In this document: positions 18,609-28,323 of the stretch, in pieces
Layout of the letters: each line of letters begins with the position of its first letter
Numbering within the stretch: position 1 is the first letter of the stretch
NCBI GenBank assembly: GCA_021740105.1
Contig: JAIPAM010000001.1
Span: 196,239-260,238 of the forward strand
DNA from: Flavobacterium sp.
Lineage (GTDB): Bacteria; Bacteroidota; Bacteroidia; Flavobacteriales; Flavobacteriaceae
Direction of reading: 5' to 3'
DNA: 64,000 bases
The notes under the pieces: model-generated
Seen by the model: only the letters and a program-made list of their open reading frames with translations
The model's database searches: none
Told to the model about the DNA's origin: nothing
Made by a program: the position numbers and the translations under genes

Positions 18609-18632
18609 GTTTAAACTTTTAAACTTTTAAAC
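18609..18632. repeat. TTTTAAAC 8-mer x3
   Basis: GTTTAAAC-TTTTAAAC-TTTTAAAC. Confidence 0.55.
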
Positions 18633-18709
18633 CTAAAATTAAAATAATATCTTTACACATTAATCTTTATGAACCTACGTTGTGCAAGACACAACACCAC
18701 GATATAATT

Positions 18710-19978
18710 ATGGCATGTACAAGTTGTTCAACTTCAGATGGCGGAGCGCCAAAGGGTTGTAAAAATAATGGAACTTGTGGCACAGATAGCTGCAATAAAT
18801 TAACAGTATTTGACTGGCTTTCAAACATGAGTTTGCCTAATGGCGAAGCTCCGTTTGACTGCGTTGAAGTACGTTTTAAAAATGGTAGAAAAGAATTTTA
18901 TAGAAATACTGAAAAACTAACATTAAGCATTGGAGATATTGTGGCAACAGAATCCTCTCCAGGTCACGATGTCGGAATTGTAACCCTTACAGGCGAATTG
19001 GTAAAAATTCAAATGAAGAAAAAAGGGGTCAATCACACCAGCCCAGAAATCCTAAAAATATACCGAAAAGCTTCCCAAAAAGACATCGATATTTGGTCGG
19101 CAGCCAGAGACAAAGAAGAGCCAATGAAAGTTCGAGCTCGGGAATTGGCTATAGCTCAAAAACTAGAAATGAAAATTTCTGATATCGAATTTCAAGGTGA
19201 CGGATTGAAAGCTACCTTTTATTACACTGCAGAAGCAAGAATAGATTTCCGTTTGCTTATTAAAGATTTTGCTAAAGAATTCAACACTAGAATTGAAATG
19301 AAGCAAGTTGGTTTTCGTCAGGAAGCCTCTCGATTGGGCGGAATTGGTTCGTGCGGTAGAGAATTATGTTGCTCAACATGGCTAACTGATTTTAGAAGTG
19401 TAAATACTTCCGCAGCACGTTACCAACAGTTGTCTCTCAACCCTCAAAAATTAGCTGGGCAGTGCGGAAAACTCAAATGTTGTTTGAATTATGAGTTGGA
19501 TACGTATATGGATGCGCTTAAAACATTTCCTGATTTTGACACTAAACTGAGTACCGAAAAAGGCGATGCTATTTGTCAAAAACAAGATATTTTTAAAGGG
19601 TTAATGTGGTTTGCTTACACAAATAATTTTGCCAATTGGCACGTACTAAAAATCGATCAGGTTAAAGAAATTGTTGCAGAAAATAAATTGAAAAAGAAAG
19701 TTTCTTCTCTTGAAGATTTTGCCTTAGAAATTGTTTCTGAACCTGAAAAAGATTTCAATAATGCCATGGGACAAGAAAGTCTTACGAGATTTGACCAGCC
19801 TAAGAAAAAGAAAAAACCAAATAGAAATAACAAACGTCCAGGTGAAAATGCAATCGTGGCTAACAATAATAACAGACCAAAGCAAAATAAAAACCAGGGG
19901 AAACCTTTTGGAAATAATAAAATCAGACCTAACGAAAATACAATTAAACCTAATAATAACAATGAACCTAAAGAGTAG
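18710..19978 (+). CDS. ricT: PSP1/RicT (YaaT) family protein
   Basis: Cys-rich N-terminus, VEVRFKNGRKEFY, GGIGSCGRELCCSTW, KLAGQCGKLKCCLNYE. Confidence 0.9.
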   Translation: MACTSCSTSDGGAPKGCKNNGTCGTDSCNKLTVFDWLSNMSLPNGEAPFDCVEVRFKNGRKEFYRNTEKLTLSIGDIVATESSPGHDVGIVTLTGELVKIQMKKKGVNHTSPEILKIYRKASQKDIDIWSAARDKEEPMKVRARELAIAQKLEMKISDIEFQGDGLKATFYYTAEARIDFRLLIKDFAKEFNTRIEMKQVGFRQEASRLGGIGSCGRELCCSTWLTDFRSVNTSAARYQQLSLNPQKLAGQCGKLKCCLNYELDTYMDALKTFPDFDTKLSTEKGDAICQKQDIFKGLMWFAYTNNFANWHVLKIDQVKEIVAENKLKKKVSSLEDFALEIVSEPEKDFNNAMGQESLTRFDQPKKKKKPNRNNKRPGENAIVANNNNRPKQNKNQGKPFGNNKIRPNENTIKPNNNNEPKE

Positions 19979-20447
19979 TATTCTTTTTATTCTTATTGCA
20001 GTACTCTTTATTTCGTGCGATAAAAAAAGGGTTTTTGACGAATATCAGTCAGTAGGTAGTGCATGGAATTTAAAGAAAGAAGTGGTTTTTGAACTTCCAA
20101 AAATTGATACATTAAAAAAATATAACTTGTTTATTAACCTAAGAGCAAATGACGATTATAAATTTAATAATCTGTTTTTGATCGTTTCCCAAGAACAGCC
20201 AAATGGGCTTACCAAAGTGGATACTTTAGAATATCAAATGGCCGATGTAGACGGAACGCTACTTGGTGATGGATTTAGTGATATTAAAGAAAGTAAATTG
20301 TTTTATAAAGAAAATGTAAAATTTACAGCTTCAGAAAACAATAAAATTCATATCAAACAAGCCGTACGCCAAACAGGAAAAATTGAGGGAATTCAAGATT
20401 TAGAGGGAATTACCGAAGTTGGTTTTAGAGTAGAATCATTAGAATAA
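19962..20447 (+). CDS. gldH: Gliding motility lipoprotein GldH
   Basis: Lipobox LFISC; YNLFINLRANDDYKFNNLFL, DTLEYQMA, IKQAVR; ATG 19962 overlaps the ricT end. Confidence 0.9.
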   Translation: MNLKSSILFILIAVLFISCDKKRVFDEYQSVGSAWNLKKEVVFELPKIDTLKKYNLFINLRANDDYKFNNLFLIVSQEQPNGLTKVDTLEYQMADVDGTLLGDGFSDIKESKLFYKENVKFTASENNKIHIKQAVRQTGKIEGIQDLEGITEVGFRVESLE

Positions 20448-20451
20448 AATT

Positions 20452-22749
20452 ATGGCAGTTAAAAAAAATAACACCCCTTTAAAAGACATTGAATACTATA
20501 AAAAGAAATTTTGGAAAGTCTTTTTTTACTGTATTATTGGAATTTCTGTGTTTTTCCTTTTTGCCTCTTGGGGACTTTTTGGATCAATGCCTTCCTTCGA
20601 AGATTTAGAAAATCCAGACTCTAATTTGGCTACTGAAGTGATCTCCTCAGACGGAGTGACCATTGGAAAATTTTACAATGAAAATAGAACTTCCATTAAA
20701 TACCAAGATTTACCAAAACACCTCGTTAATGCATTAGTAGCAACCGAAGATGAACGTTTCTATGAGCATTCTGGAATTGACGGAAGAGGAACTTTACGTG
20801 CCGTTGCGAGTTTAGGAACCAGTGGAGGAGCGAGTACTTTAACCCAACAATTAGCCAAACAATTATTTCACGGTGAAGGATCAAAATTTTTACCTTTCAG
20901 GGTAATCCAAAAAGCAAAAGAGTGGATCATCGCCATCCGATTGGAACGCCAATACACCAAAAATGAAATCATAGCGATGTACTTCAACAAAGCCGATTTT
21001 ATTAATACTGCAGTAGGTATTCGTTCTGCGGCTAAAGTATATTTTGGGAAAGAACCACGTAATTTAACCGTAAGTGAAGGGGCTATGCTTGTCGGAATGC
21101 TAAAAAATCCTTCCCTTTTTAACCCTATTAAAAGATTAGAAAAAGTACAAAATCGTAGGAATGTTGTTTTAGGGCAAATGGTGAAAAATAATTTTTTAAC
21201 TGAAGAAGCAAAAACAGCATTGGAAAGACAACCAATCGTTTTAGACTTTCACCCAGAAAGCCATAAAGATGGGATTGCTACCTATTTCAGAGAGTATCTT
21301 AGAGAATTCATGAAAAACTGGTTGAAAGAAAATAAAAAACCTGACGGATCAGAATACGATATTTACAGAGACGGATTAAAAATTTACACCACCATCGATT
21401 CAAGAATTCAAGCTAATGCTGAAGAAGCTGTATCGGAGCATTTAACGAATTTACAACAAGAGTTTTTTGACCAATCTAAAACTAATAAAAACGCTCCTTT
21501 TGTAAATATTTCAAAAGACGAAACCGATAAAATCATGATGCAAGCCATGAAATCATCGGATCGTTGGAGAGAATTAAAATTACAAGATAAAAGCGATGAA
21601 GAAATTATTAAGTCCTTTAGTTTGAAAACTAAAATGACCGTGTTTACCTGGAAAGGCGAACGCGATACCATAATGACCCCATCAGATTCTATTCGCTATT
21701 ACAAGCATTTCCTTCAAACGGGATTGATGTCGATGGAACCGCAAACCGGACATGTAAAAGCGTGGGTTGGAGGAATAAATTATAAATATTTTCAATACGA
21801 TCACGTAGGTCAAGGGGCGCGACAAGTGGGTTCAACCTTCAAACCGTTCGTTTATGCCACAGCAATCGAGCAATTGAACATGTCTCCTTGCGACTCCATT
21901 ATCGACTCCCCATTTACGATTCCTGTGGGTCGTCATCACGTGACCGAAACTTGGACGCCTTCCAATTCCGATAATAAATACCGAGGAATGGTAACCTTAA
22001 AAAAGGCATTGGCCAACTCTATCAATACCGTTTCAGCAAAATTAATGGACAAAGTTGGTCCAGAAGCGGTAGTAGAATTAGCGCATAAACTAGGTATAAA
22101 ATCAGAAATTCCTCTGCAACCCTCAATCGCATTAGGAGCTGTAGATATTACCGTTCAAGATATGGTTGCCGCCTACAGCACTTTTGCCAATCAAGGAGTT
22201 TATATCAAACCGCAATTCATCACCAGAATAGAAGATAAAAACGGAGTGGTACTTTACGAACCAATTCCTGAATCTCACGATGTTTTGAATAAAGACGTGG
22301 CGTATGCCGTAATAAAATTATTGGAAGGCGTAACCGAAGAAGGATCAGGATCTCGATTGAGAACCCAAGGTGGTGGAAACGGTTACAACAGAGTTACAGG
22401 ATATCCGTATGTATTTACAAACCCAATTGCAGGGAAAACAGGAACCACACAAAATCAATCTGACGGTTGGTTTATGGGAATGGTGCCCAATTTGGTAACC
22501 GGCGTTTGGGTAGGTTGTGAAGACCGATCCGCTCGTTTTAAAAGTATTACTTACGGTCAAGGCGCCGTAGCAGCATTACCAATTTGGGGTTTAATGATGA
22601 AGAAATGTTACGCCGATGAAACGCTAAAACTTTCAAAAGAAGACTTTGAAAGACCAGATAATCTAAACATAAAAGTCGATTGTTGGTCGCCACCAGTCAA
22701 GAAAGATTCCACAGAAACCGAACAAAATACAGACGAATTTAGTTTGTAA
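20452..22749 (+). CDS. mrcA: Penicillin-binding protein 1A (bifunctional transglycosylase/transpeptidase)
   Basis: ATEDERF, GASTLTQQLAK; SxxK (GSTFKP), SxN (SIN), KTG (GKTGT). Confidence 0.93.
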   Translation: MAVKKNNTPLKDIEYYKKKFWKVFFYCIIGISVFFLFASWGLFGSMPSFEDLENPDSNLATEVISSDGVTIGKFYNENRTSIKYQDLPKHLVNALVATEDERFYEHSGIDGRGTLRAVASLGTSGGASTLTQQLAKQLFHGEGSKFLPFRVIQKAKEWIIAIRLERQYTKNEIIAMYFNKADFINTAVGIRSAAKVYFGKEPRNLTVSEGAMLVGMLKNPSLFNPIKRLEKVQNRRNVVLGQMVKNNFLTEEAKTALERQPIVLDFHPESHKDGIATYFREYLREFMKNWLKENKKPDGSEYDIYRDGLKIYTTIDSRIQANAEEAVSEHLTNLQQEFFDQSKTNKNAPFVNISKDETDKIMMQAMKSSDRWRELKLQDKSDEEIIKSFSLKTKMTVFTWKGERDTIMTPSDSIRYYKHFLQTGLMSMEPQTGHVKAWVGGINYKYFQYDHVGQGARQVGSTFKPFVYATAIEQLNMSPCDSIIDSPFTIPVGRHHVTETWTPSNSDNKYRGMVTLKKALANSINTVSAKLMDKVGPEAVVELAHKLGIKSEIPLQPSIALGAVDITVQDMVAAYSTFANQGVYIKPQFITRIEDKNGVVLYEPIPESHDVLNKDVAYAVIKLLEGVTEEGSGSRLRTQGGGNGYNRVTGYPYVFTNPIAGKTGTTQNQSDGWFMGMVPNLVTGVWVGCEDRSARFKSITYGQGAVAALPIWGLMMKKCYADETLKLSKEDFERPDNLNIKVDCWSPPVKKDSTETEQNTDEFSL

Positions 22750-22765
22750 TTTTTGGTAGCTTTTT

Positions 22766-22824
22766 CCGGCTGTGCAATGCAATCCACGCGAAAAGGCGTG
22801 GGATTTCCTCTGCCATCCGGGCTA
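22766..22824. repeat. GC-rich palindromic REP/MITE-like intergenic element
   Basis: CCGG...AATCC-ACGC-GAAAAG-GCGTG-GGATT...CCGGG nested inverted repeats in an AT-rich context. Confidence 0.6.
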
Positions 22825-22861
22825 GGAATTAGAATTACTTCAAAATTATAGTACAAAAGAG

Positions 22862-22902
22862 AAGTAGCCTCAAAATCAGAATTGGTGATTTTGAGGCTAC
22901 TT
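22862..22902. terminator. Perfect 17-bp hairpin, probable terminator after PBP1A
   Basis: AAGTAGCCTCAAAATCA-gaattgg-TGATTTTGAGGCTACTT. Confidence 0.75.
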
Positions 22903-22979
22903 ATTTTATAGGAAATGATGAAAAATTGATTAATAATTCGTTATTTTTGAAGTTAAGAAAAACTAAGAATAAACGAACA

Positions 22980-23678
22980 ATGATTAATAAAAAAGTACCT
23001 ACCGTTCAAGAAGCCCTAAACGGGATTGAAAACGGAATGACTATACTACTTGGTGGTTTCGGATTGTGTGGAATTCCTGAAAATTCCATTGCCGAATTAG
23101 TAAAAAAAGGGAATCACAACCTAACCTGTATTTCTAATAATGCCGGTGTGGATGATTTTGGGCTTGGTTTACTATTGCAAAAAAAGCAAATCAAAAAAAT
23201 GATCTCTTCTTATGTTGGAGAAAACGCCGAATTTGAGCGTCAAATGTTATCTGGCGAATTAGAGGTAGAATTAATCCCACAAGGAACACTTGCCGAAAGA
23301 TGTCGCGCCGCTCAAGCGGGAATTCCCGCGTTTTTTACTCCAGCAGGTTTTGGTACAGAAGTCGCTGTTGGAAAAGAAACTCGAGAATTCAATGGCAAAA
23401 TGCACGTTATGGAACATGCCTTTAAAGCCGATTTTGCAATTGTAAAAGCGTGGAAAGGCGATACAGCAGGAAATTTAATTTTTAAAGGAACCGCAAGAAA
23501 TTTTAATCCTTGTATGGCGGGAGCAGCAAAAATTACCGTGGCTGAAGTCGAAGAATTGGTAGAAGCGGGATCGCTAGATCCAAACCAAATTCATATTCCA
23601 GGGATATTCGTACAACGGATTTTCCAAGGAGAAAAATATGAAAAGAGAATTGAACAACGCACCGTGAGACAGAAATAA
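22980..23678 (+). CDS. scoA: 3-oxoacid CoA-transferase subunit A
   Basis: [44 protein letters not shown]. Confidence 0.93.
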   Translation: MINKKVPTVQEALNGIENGMTILLGGFGLCGIPENSIAELVKKGNHNLTCISNNAGVDDFGLGLLLQKKQIKKMISSYVGENAEFERQMLSGELEVELIPQGTLAERCRAAQAGIPAFFTPAGFGTEVAVGKETREFNGKMHVMEHAFKADFAIVKAWKGDTAGNLIFKGTARNFNPCMAGAAKITVAEVEELVEAGSLDPNQIHIPGIFVQRIFQGEKYEKRIEQRTVRQK

Positions 23679-23687
23679 TTTGAAAAT

Positions 23688-23727
23688 TTTCCCATTTTCA
23701 AATCATCAAATTTCCAAATTTCCAAAT
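23688..23727. repeat. Degenerate 8-mer tandem array x5 between scoA and scoB
   Basis: TTTCCCAT-TTTCAAAT-CATCAAAT-TTCCAAAT-TTCCAAAT. Confidence 0.65.
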
Positions 23728-23736
23728 AAAAAAGAC

Positions 23737-24393
23737 ATGTTAACAAAAGAAGATATCGCAAAACGAATTGCAAAAGAAGTTAAAAACAACTATTTCGTGA
23801 ACCTCGGAATTGGAATTCCAACCCTAGTGGCTAATTACGTTAGGAAAGACATTTCGGTGGAATTTCAAAGTGAGAATGGTGTTTTAGGAATGGGACCTTT
23901 CCCATTTGAAGGCGAGGAAGATGCCGATGTAATTAATGCCGGAAAGCAAACGATTACCACTTTAGCTGGAGCGAGTTTTTTTGACTCTGGGATGAGTTTC
24001 GGAATGATTCGTGGTCAGCATGTCGATTTAACAATTTTGGGTGCGATGGAAGTTTCTGAAAATGGTGATATTGCCAACTGGAAAATTCCTGGTAAAATGG
24101 TAAAAGGAATGGGTGGCGCGATGGATTTAGTGGCTTCTGCCGATAATATTATTGTGGCGATGATGCACGTGAATAAAGCTGGAGAAAGCAAAATTCTTAA
24201 AAAATGTACTTTGCCATTGACGGGTGTGGGCTGCGTTAAAAAAATAGTAACCGAATTGGCCGTTTTAGAAATTACCCCAAAAGGATTTCAACTTTTGGAG
24301 AGAGCGCCAGGCGTTTCTGTAGCACACATTATTGCGGCAACTGAAGCCGACTTAATTATAGAAGGAGAAATTCCCGAAATGGTTATTGAATAA
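23737..24393 (+). CDS. scoB: 3-oxoacid CoA-transferase subunit B
   Basis: VNLGIGIPT, QSENG (catalytic Glu), MIRGQH, GMGGAMDL. Confidence 0.93.
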   Translation: MLTKEDIAKRIAKEVKNNYFVNLGIGIPTLVANYVRKDISVEFQSENGVLGMGPFPFEGEEDADVINAGKQTITTLAGASFFDSGMSFGMIRGQHVDLTILGAMEVSENGDIANWKIPGKMVKGMGGAMDLVASADNIIVAMMHVNKAGESKILKKCTLPLTGVGCVKKIVTELAVLEITPKGFQLLERAPGVSVAHIIAATEADLIIEGEIPEMVIE

Positions 24394-24406
24394 AGTAATT
24401 AACTAT

Positions 24407-24434
24407 TTTACACCTGACCCGTTTTGAAAACGGG
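24407..24434. repeat. REP-like palindrome, left copy (28-bp direct repeat of 28772-28799)
   Basis: TTTACACCTGACCCGTTTTGAAAACGGG is identical at both sites. Confidence 0.85.
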
Positions 24435-24449
24435 CCAAGGGTTTGGTGT

Positions 24450-27119
24450 TTAAAATCTAAATTCCATTTTTAAAAGTATATATCTTGGTTGCAAGCGGTA
24501 TTCTGTTTTTGAAATGCTAATATCGCTAAGACTATAACTTCTGAATGTTTCCGTGTTGAAAAGATTGTTTCCTGAAAGTGAGAAATGTAATTTTCCTGAG
24601 GGCGGCGCATAACGAGCTTCTAAATCCATAAAATAATATTTATTACTGTCTTTATCAAGATTCCCAAAATAATATCGTTCCGTTTGTATTTGAAAATTTA
24701 ATTTGTCATTAATTACTAATGATAAATCTAAGAATGCCATAGAATCAGTGTAGGAATTTGTAGTTGTAGTTTTTATTTCATTGTAATTCCACTTTGAGCC
24801 TATATGATAGTTTAATATGCCTTTGAAACCAGATCGAATTTCGAATCCATAATTTAAAGAATTATTATTTATTTCTCGTAAATCAGAATTATTAACACTA
24901 TTCTTATAATTAGATTTAGAACCATCAACAGTTATTTTCAAATTAGACGTAATGGGTTTAAAATACTTTTCTATATTGGTAAAGAATGTTAAAAATTCTC
25001 GATTTTTGAATAGTACCTTTTCAGACTGAGAATAGTTTTGGGTAAGTATTGTATTGGTACTAAAAAAATCATTGTCTTTTAATAAAACTATCGAAAAATT
25101 ACCGAAAAATTTTTCTCCCCAATTTCCAAAAGTATAATTCACCAATGCAGTCGAAGCATTCAATTGATTGAAACTACCCGTGCCTTTTGAAAAAGAACGA
25201 AAACTAGTTTGAATATAACTATTATAAACGTCCAAAATAGTAGCGTTTGATTTATTAATTGAATAGGAAGCTAAAATTTTATTTTTTTTGTTAATTTCCC
25301 ATTCCAATCCGAACTTAGGATTTACAAAAAAAGGACTTTGGGTTTGTAAATTTTCAACCTTTTTTAAACTATTAAAAAGTTGATGAATATCTAGTTGTGA
25401 AGCCATCGTGATTTTTTTGAATTTAAATCTATAAATGGTATTTAGATACAAATCTGTAGTGCTATAGGATAAACTGTTTTGATAACCAGCTGGTTCAGAA
25501 ACAATACTTTCGTTGTTTTTAATTTTAAAATGAGAGAGTAAATCATCATTTCTGTATTGATTCCCAAATCTAAGTTCAAATAAATTACCGTTTGATTTGC
25601 GGTCTAATAAATAAGCTTCTACTCCTGCGAATTGCATTTTATTTTCACTAGTTTGCAATATATTGTTTGCAGTTTGAGAAAATAAATCTTGATATATAAA
25701 TTTATTGACGTTATAGTTTTGCGGGGTTTTTTCATTAATGTATCTTCCAGATATCAACAATACTTTATTGCTTTTAAATTTATTGGTCCAAACTAATTTT
25801 TGGTCAATCAGTTGATTGTCACTTTTTAGATTTTCATTTATAAAATCGCCATTAAACACTAAATCGCTTTTGTTTTTTTCGTTCGTTTTATTTATTTTTC
25901 CGGTATACTCGAATGTTTTTGTTTTAGAAATATCATACGTCAAATCTATTTTTCCAAAACCTGTTATTTGAGTTTTCCTACCTACAAAATTCTCAGTATT
26001 TTCAAAGGAAGTGTTTCCTACCAAAAAAGACTGAAAGCTGTTTCTAAAAAAATCATTCTCATCAGAATTAAAAAACCCCATTGCTTTAAGTTTTACTTTA
26101 GGAGAAAGTGTAAAAATTGAATTCAAAGAAATCATTTCTGCATTATTAAAATTCACTCTTTTTTGTTTTAAAGTTGGATTAAAAGTACTTAAATCAATCA
26201 ATGCGTTTGCACTTTGATTATCTCCAATAATTTCTATCCCATCCATTCTATAAGGTCTAATTATATTGTTTATTTCGCCAGTGGCATTATTACCAATATT
26301 ATTTAAATTAGTAATAAAATAAAATTTATTTTTTTTACCAAAATTCATTAAGTTACTTCCTGCATCATAACGGTTTTCTGAAACTAATCCATAACCTAAT
26401 TGCATGTTTCCAAACCATTGTCGTTTAAAATTCTCTTTAAGTGTTAAGTTTAACGCTACTTTATTACTGTTTTCTATCCCTTTTAAATGTTTATTATTAG
26501 AGTAATGTTGGTACAATTCTACTTTTTCTATTGGATTAACAGGCATGTTTTTTGTTAAGAGTTTATATCCTTTTTCAAAAAAATCATCACCGTCAACCAT
26601 AACTTTTTCAATTTCTTGACTGCCAACTTTTATAGTTCCATTTTGATCAATTGTTAAACCGGGGATTTTTTTGAGTAAATCTTCCACCACTTGTTCGTTA
26701 CCCTGTAAAAATGATTTGGCCAAAAAGGTAATTGTATCTTTCTTTATTGTTATTGCCCGCTCTTGAATTACAATAACTTCACTTAACTCTAATGATTTAG
26801 AAGTTAAAACTGCATTTTTTTCAATCACTTTTGATTCAGAGGTAACTTCTATCTCAAATGTTTTAGGAGCATAGTTAAATGCCGAAAATACCAGGAAGAA
26901 TTTTCCGGTTTTATTGGTATTGAATTTGAATGTTCCATTCTCTTGTGAATGTGTAAAAGTAATAATCAACTTGTTGGTTGGGTCTTTCAATACTACATTA
27001 CAATTTGAAATTACATTCAATTCTACATCTTTCACTACTCCACTAATTGTAGTTTGTGAATAAGAAACGTTTAACATCAAAACAAACAAAACCACTATTC
27101 TATTTTTTTTTAATATCAT
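24450..27119 (-). CDS. Outer-membrane beta-barrel protein (TonB-dependent-receptor-like) with N-terminal carboxypeptidase-regulatory-like domain
   Basis: Signal peptide; TISGVVKD...N-terminal domain; EVIV, KKDTITF, VEDLLKKIPG plug-like motifs; C-terminal ...EFRF. Confidence 0.82.
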   Translation of the reverse strand: MILKKNRIVVLFVLMLNVSYSQTTISGVVKDVELNVISNCNVVLKDPTNKLIITFTHSQENGTFKFNTNKTGKFFLVFSAFNYAPKTFEIEVTSESKVIEKNAVLTSKSLELSEVIVIQERAITIKKDTITFLAKSFLQGNEQVVEDLLKKIPGLTIDQNGTIKVGSQEIEKVMVDGDDFFEKGYKLLTKNMPVNPIEKVELYQHYSNNKHLKGIENSNKVALNLTLKENFKRQWFGNMQLGYGLVSENRYDAGSNLMNFGKKNKFYFITNLNNIGNNATGEINNIIRPYRMDGIEIIGDNQSANALIDLSTFNPTLKQKRVNFNNAEMISLNSIFTLSPKVKLKAMGFFNSDENDFFRNSFQSFLVGNTSFENTENFVGRKTQITGFGKIDLTYDISKTKTFEYTGKINKTNEKNKSDLVFNGDFINENLKSDNQLIDQKLVWTNKFKSNKVLLISGRYINEKTPQNYNVNKFIYQDLFSQTANNILQTSENKMQFAGVEAYLLDRKSNGNLFELRFGNQYRNDDLLSHFKIKNNESIVSEPAGYQNSLSYSTTDLYLNTIYRFKFKKITMASQLDIHQLFNSLKKVENLQTQSPFFVNPKFGLEWEINKKNKILASYSINKSNATILDVYNSYIQTSFRSFSKGTGSFNQLNASTALVNYTFGNWGEKFFGNFSIVLLKDNDFFSTNTILTQNYSQSEKVLFKNREFLTFFTNIEKYFKPITSNLKITVDGSKSNYKNSVNNSDLREINNNSLNYGFEIRSGFKGILNYHIGSKWNYNEIKTTTTNSYTDSMAFLDLSLVINDKLNFQIQTERYYFGNLDKDSNKYYFMDLEARYAPPSGKLHFSLSGNNLFNTETFRSYSLSDISISKTEYRLQPRYILLKMEFRF

Positions 27120-27927
27120 CAAAATTTATTTCAATAAAATTATTTTCATCTACTACTTTTGCATTGGCATTATTGGTTGTAGAAACCACTCCTCTAGGCA
27201 TCGAAGATCTAATTTTTGTGGTAATTTCTTTAAACATCAACTCTACAAAAGATACATAAATTATTCTCTCTTGTATTGGTGTTATATAGGTATGATTGAA
27301 AAACCCTCTAATATCTATGGTATTTACTTCCATTTGTAATTCTATTTTTTCTGCAAAAAATTGAAACTGATTTAAAGAATCAGTAGCTTCTAAAATAAGG
27401 CCTGGAAGCCCGTTGAGTTTCCAAGGCCCCAAACTAACAGGAATGTCATTAGTAAACCAAACGGTATAGGTTCGACCTCTGAAATTTCCTCTTGCTTTTT
27501 GACAGTTAAAAGAATTAATTTTTTTGGTTTCATTTAGTAATTCCCAGGAAATAATTCTTGCCTTGTCTTTCACAAATAAAGTGTCAAATTTGATTGCTGC
27601 GAAGTCAATTGGAAAAAATTTATGATCAATTATACAATTGTTCTTAATGTCCGTTAGCATTCCAAAGCTCTTTGGGGTATTAATGTCAAAATTAAAATAA
27701 AGATCAATATTCATGTTTGAATTTTCCTCTTCTCTTCCAATAACCTCAACCTTTTTTTTATTCAAATGGTCGTTTTTTATGGTGAAAATACTTTGACTAT
27801 TATTGAAAATCAATTTTGCTTCTTTTTTAACGCCATATGCAAAAAAACTGAAAGTTACCTCACCATTCTGGGATTGAGAAAATACTAAAGAAAATGTAAA
27901 AAGTAAAAAAAGTAGATATGTTTTCAT
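27100..27927 (-). CDS. GLPGLI family protein
   Basis: Literal GPWKLNGLPGLILEA; W.L..ETKKI..F.CQKA...FRGRTYTVWF; signal peptide; overlaps the barrel gene start. Confidence 0.92.
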   Translation of the reverse strand: MKTYLLFLLFTFSLVFSQSQNGEVTFSFFAYGVKKEAKLIFNNSQSIFTIKNDHLNKKKVEVIGREEENSNMNIDLYFNFDINTPKSFGMLTDIKNNCIIDHKFFPIDFAAIKFDTLFVKDKARIISWELLNETKKINSFNCQKARGNFRGRTYTVWFTNDIPVSLGPWKLNGLPGLILEATDSLNQFQFFAEKIELQMEVNTIDIRGFFNHTYITPIQERIIYVSFVELMFKEITTKIRSSMPRGVVSTTNNANAKVVDENNFIEINFDDIKKK

Positions 27928-27949
27928 TTTATTATTATTTAATGGTTAT

Positions 27950-27982
27950 AAAAATACGAGTAGCTTAATTTAGCTACTCGTA
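27950..27982 (-). terminator. Intrinsic terminator/stabilising hairpin between the small secreted protein and GLPGLI genes
   Basis: 11-bp stem TACGAGTAGCT/AGCTACTCGTA (27955-27982) followed on - by TTTT. Confidence 0.65.
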
Positions 27983-27993
27983 GGAACTAATAA

Positions 27994-28323
27994 TTAAATA
28001 CTTGGAGTCCAAATACTCGCTAAAAAAGCGATGGCTTTAGCAAGCAAACAGGCCCACCAAGAAGCTTCAAATGTTTCGCTTATTGGAATTGAATAGTTAA
28101 TTCCATTAATAGTAACATTAATAGTAGACTTAACAGTACAAGGAGCTGCGGTTTTCAAAAATTCAGGACTTAGTTTACTAAATTCGAGAGGAGAATAGGA
28201 TTTTCCATCAATGGAAATACTGGTAATTTCTTGTTTCAGGATAGTGAAATTGTCAACATTAGTTGCAAATCCACTAACTGAAAATACAACTGTGGCGATT
28301 AATCCGAAGAATACTTTTTTCAT
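27994..28323 (-). CDS. Small secreted two-cysteine protein (109 aa)
   Basis: Sec signal MKKVFFGLIATVVFSVSGFA; Cys62 and Cys92; hydrophobic C-terminal helix. Confidence 0.72.
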   Translation of the reverse strand: MKKVFFGLIATVVFSVSGFATNVDNFTILKQEITSISIDGKSYSPLEFSKLSPEFLKTAAPCTVKSTINVTINGINYSIPISETFEASWWACLLAKAIAFLASIWTPSI

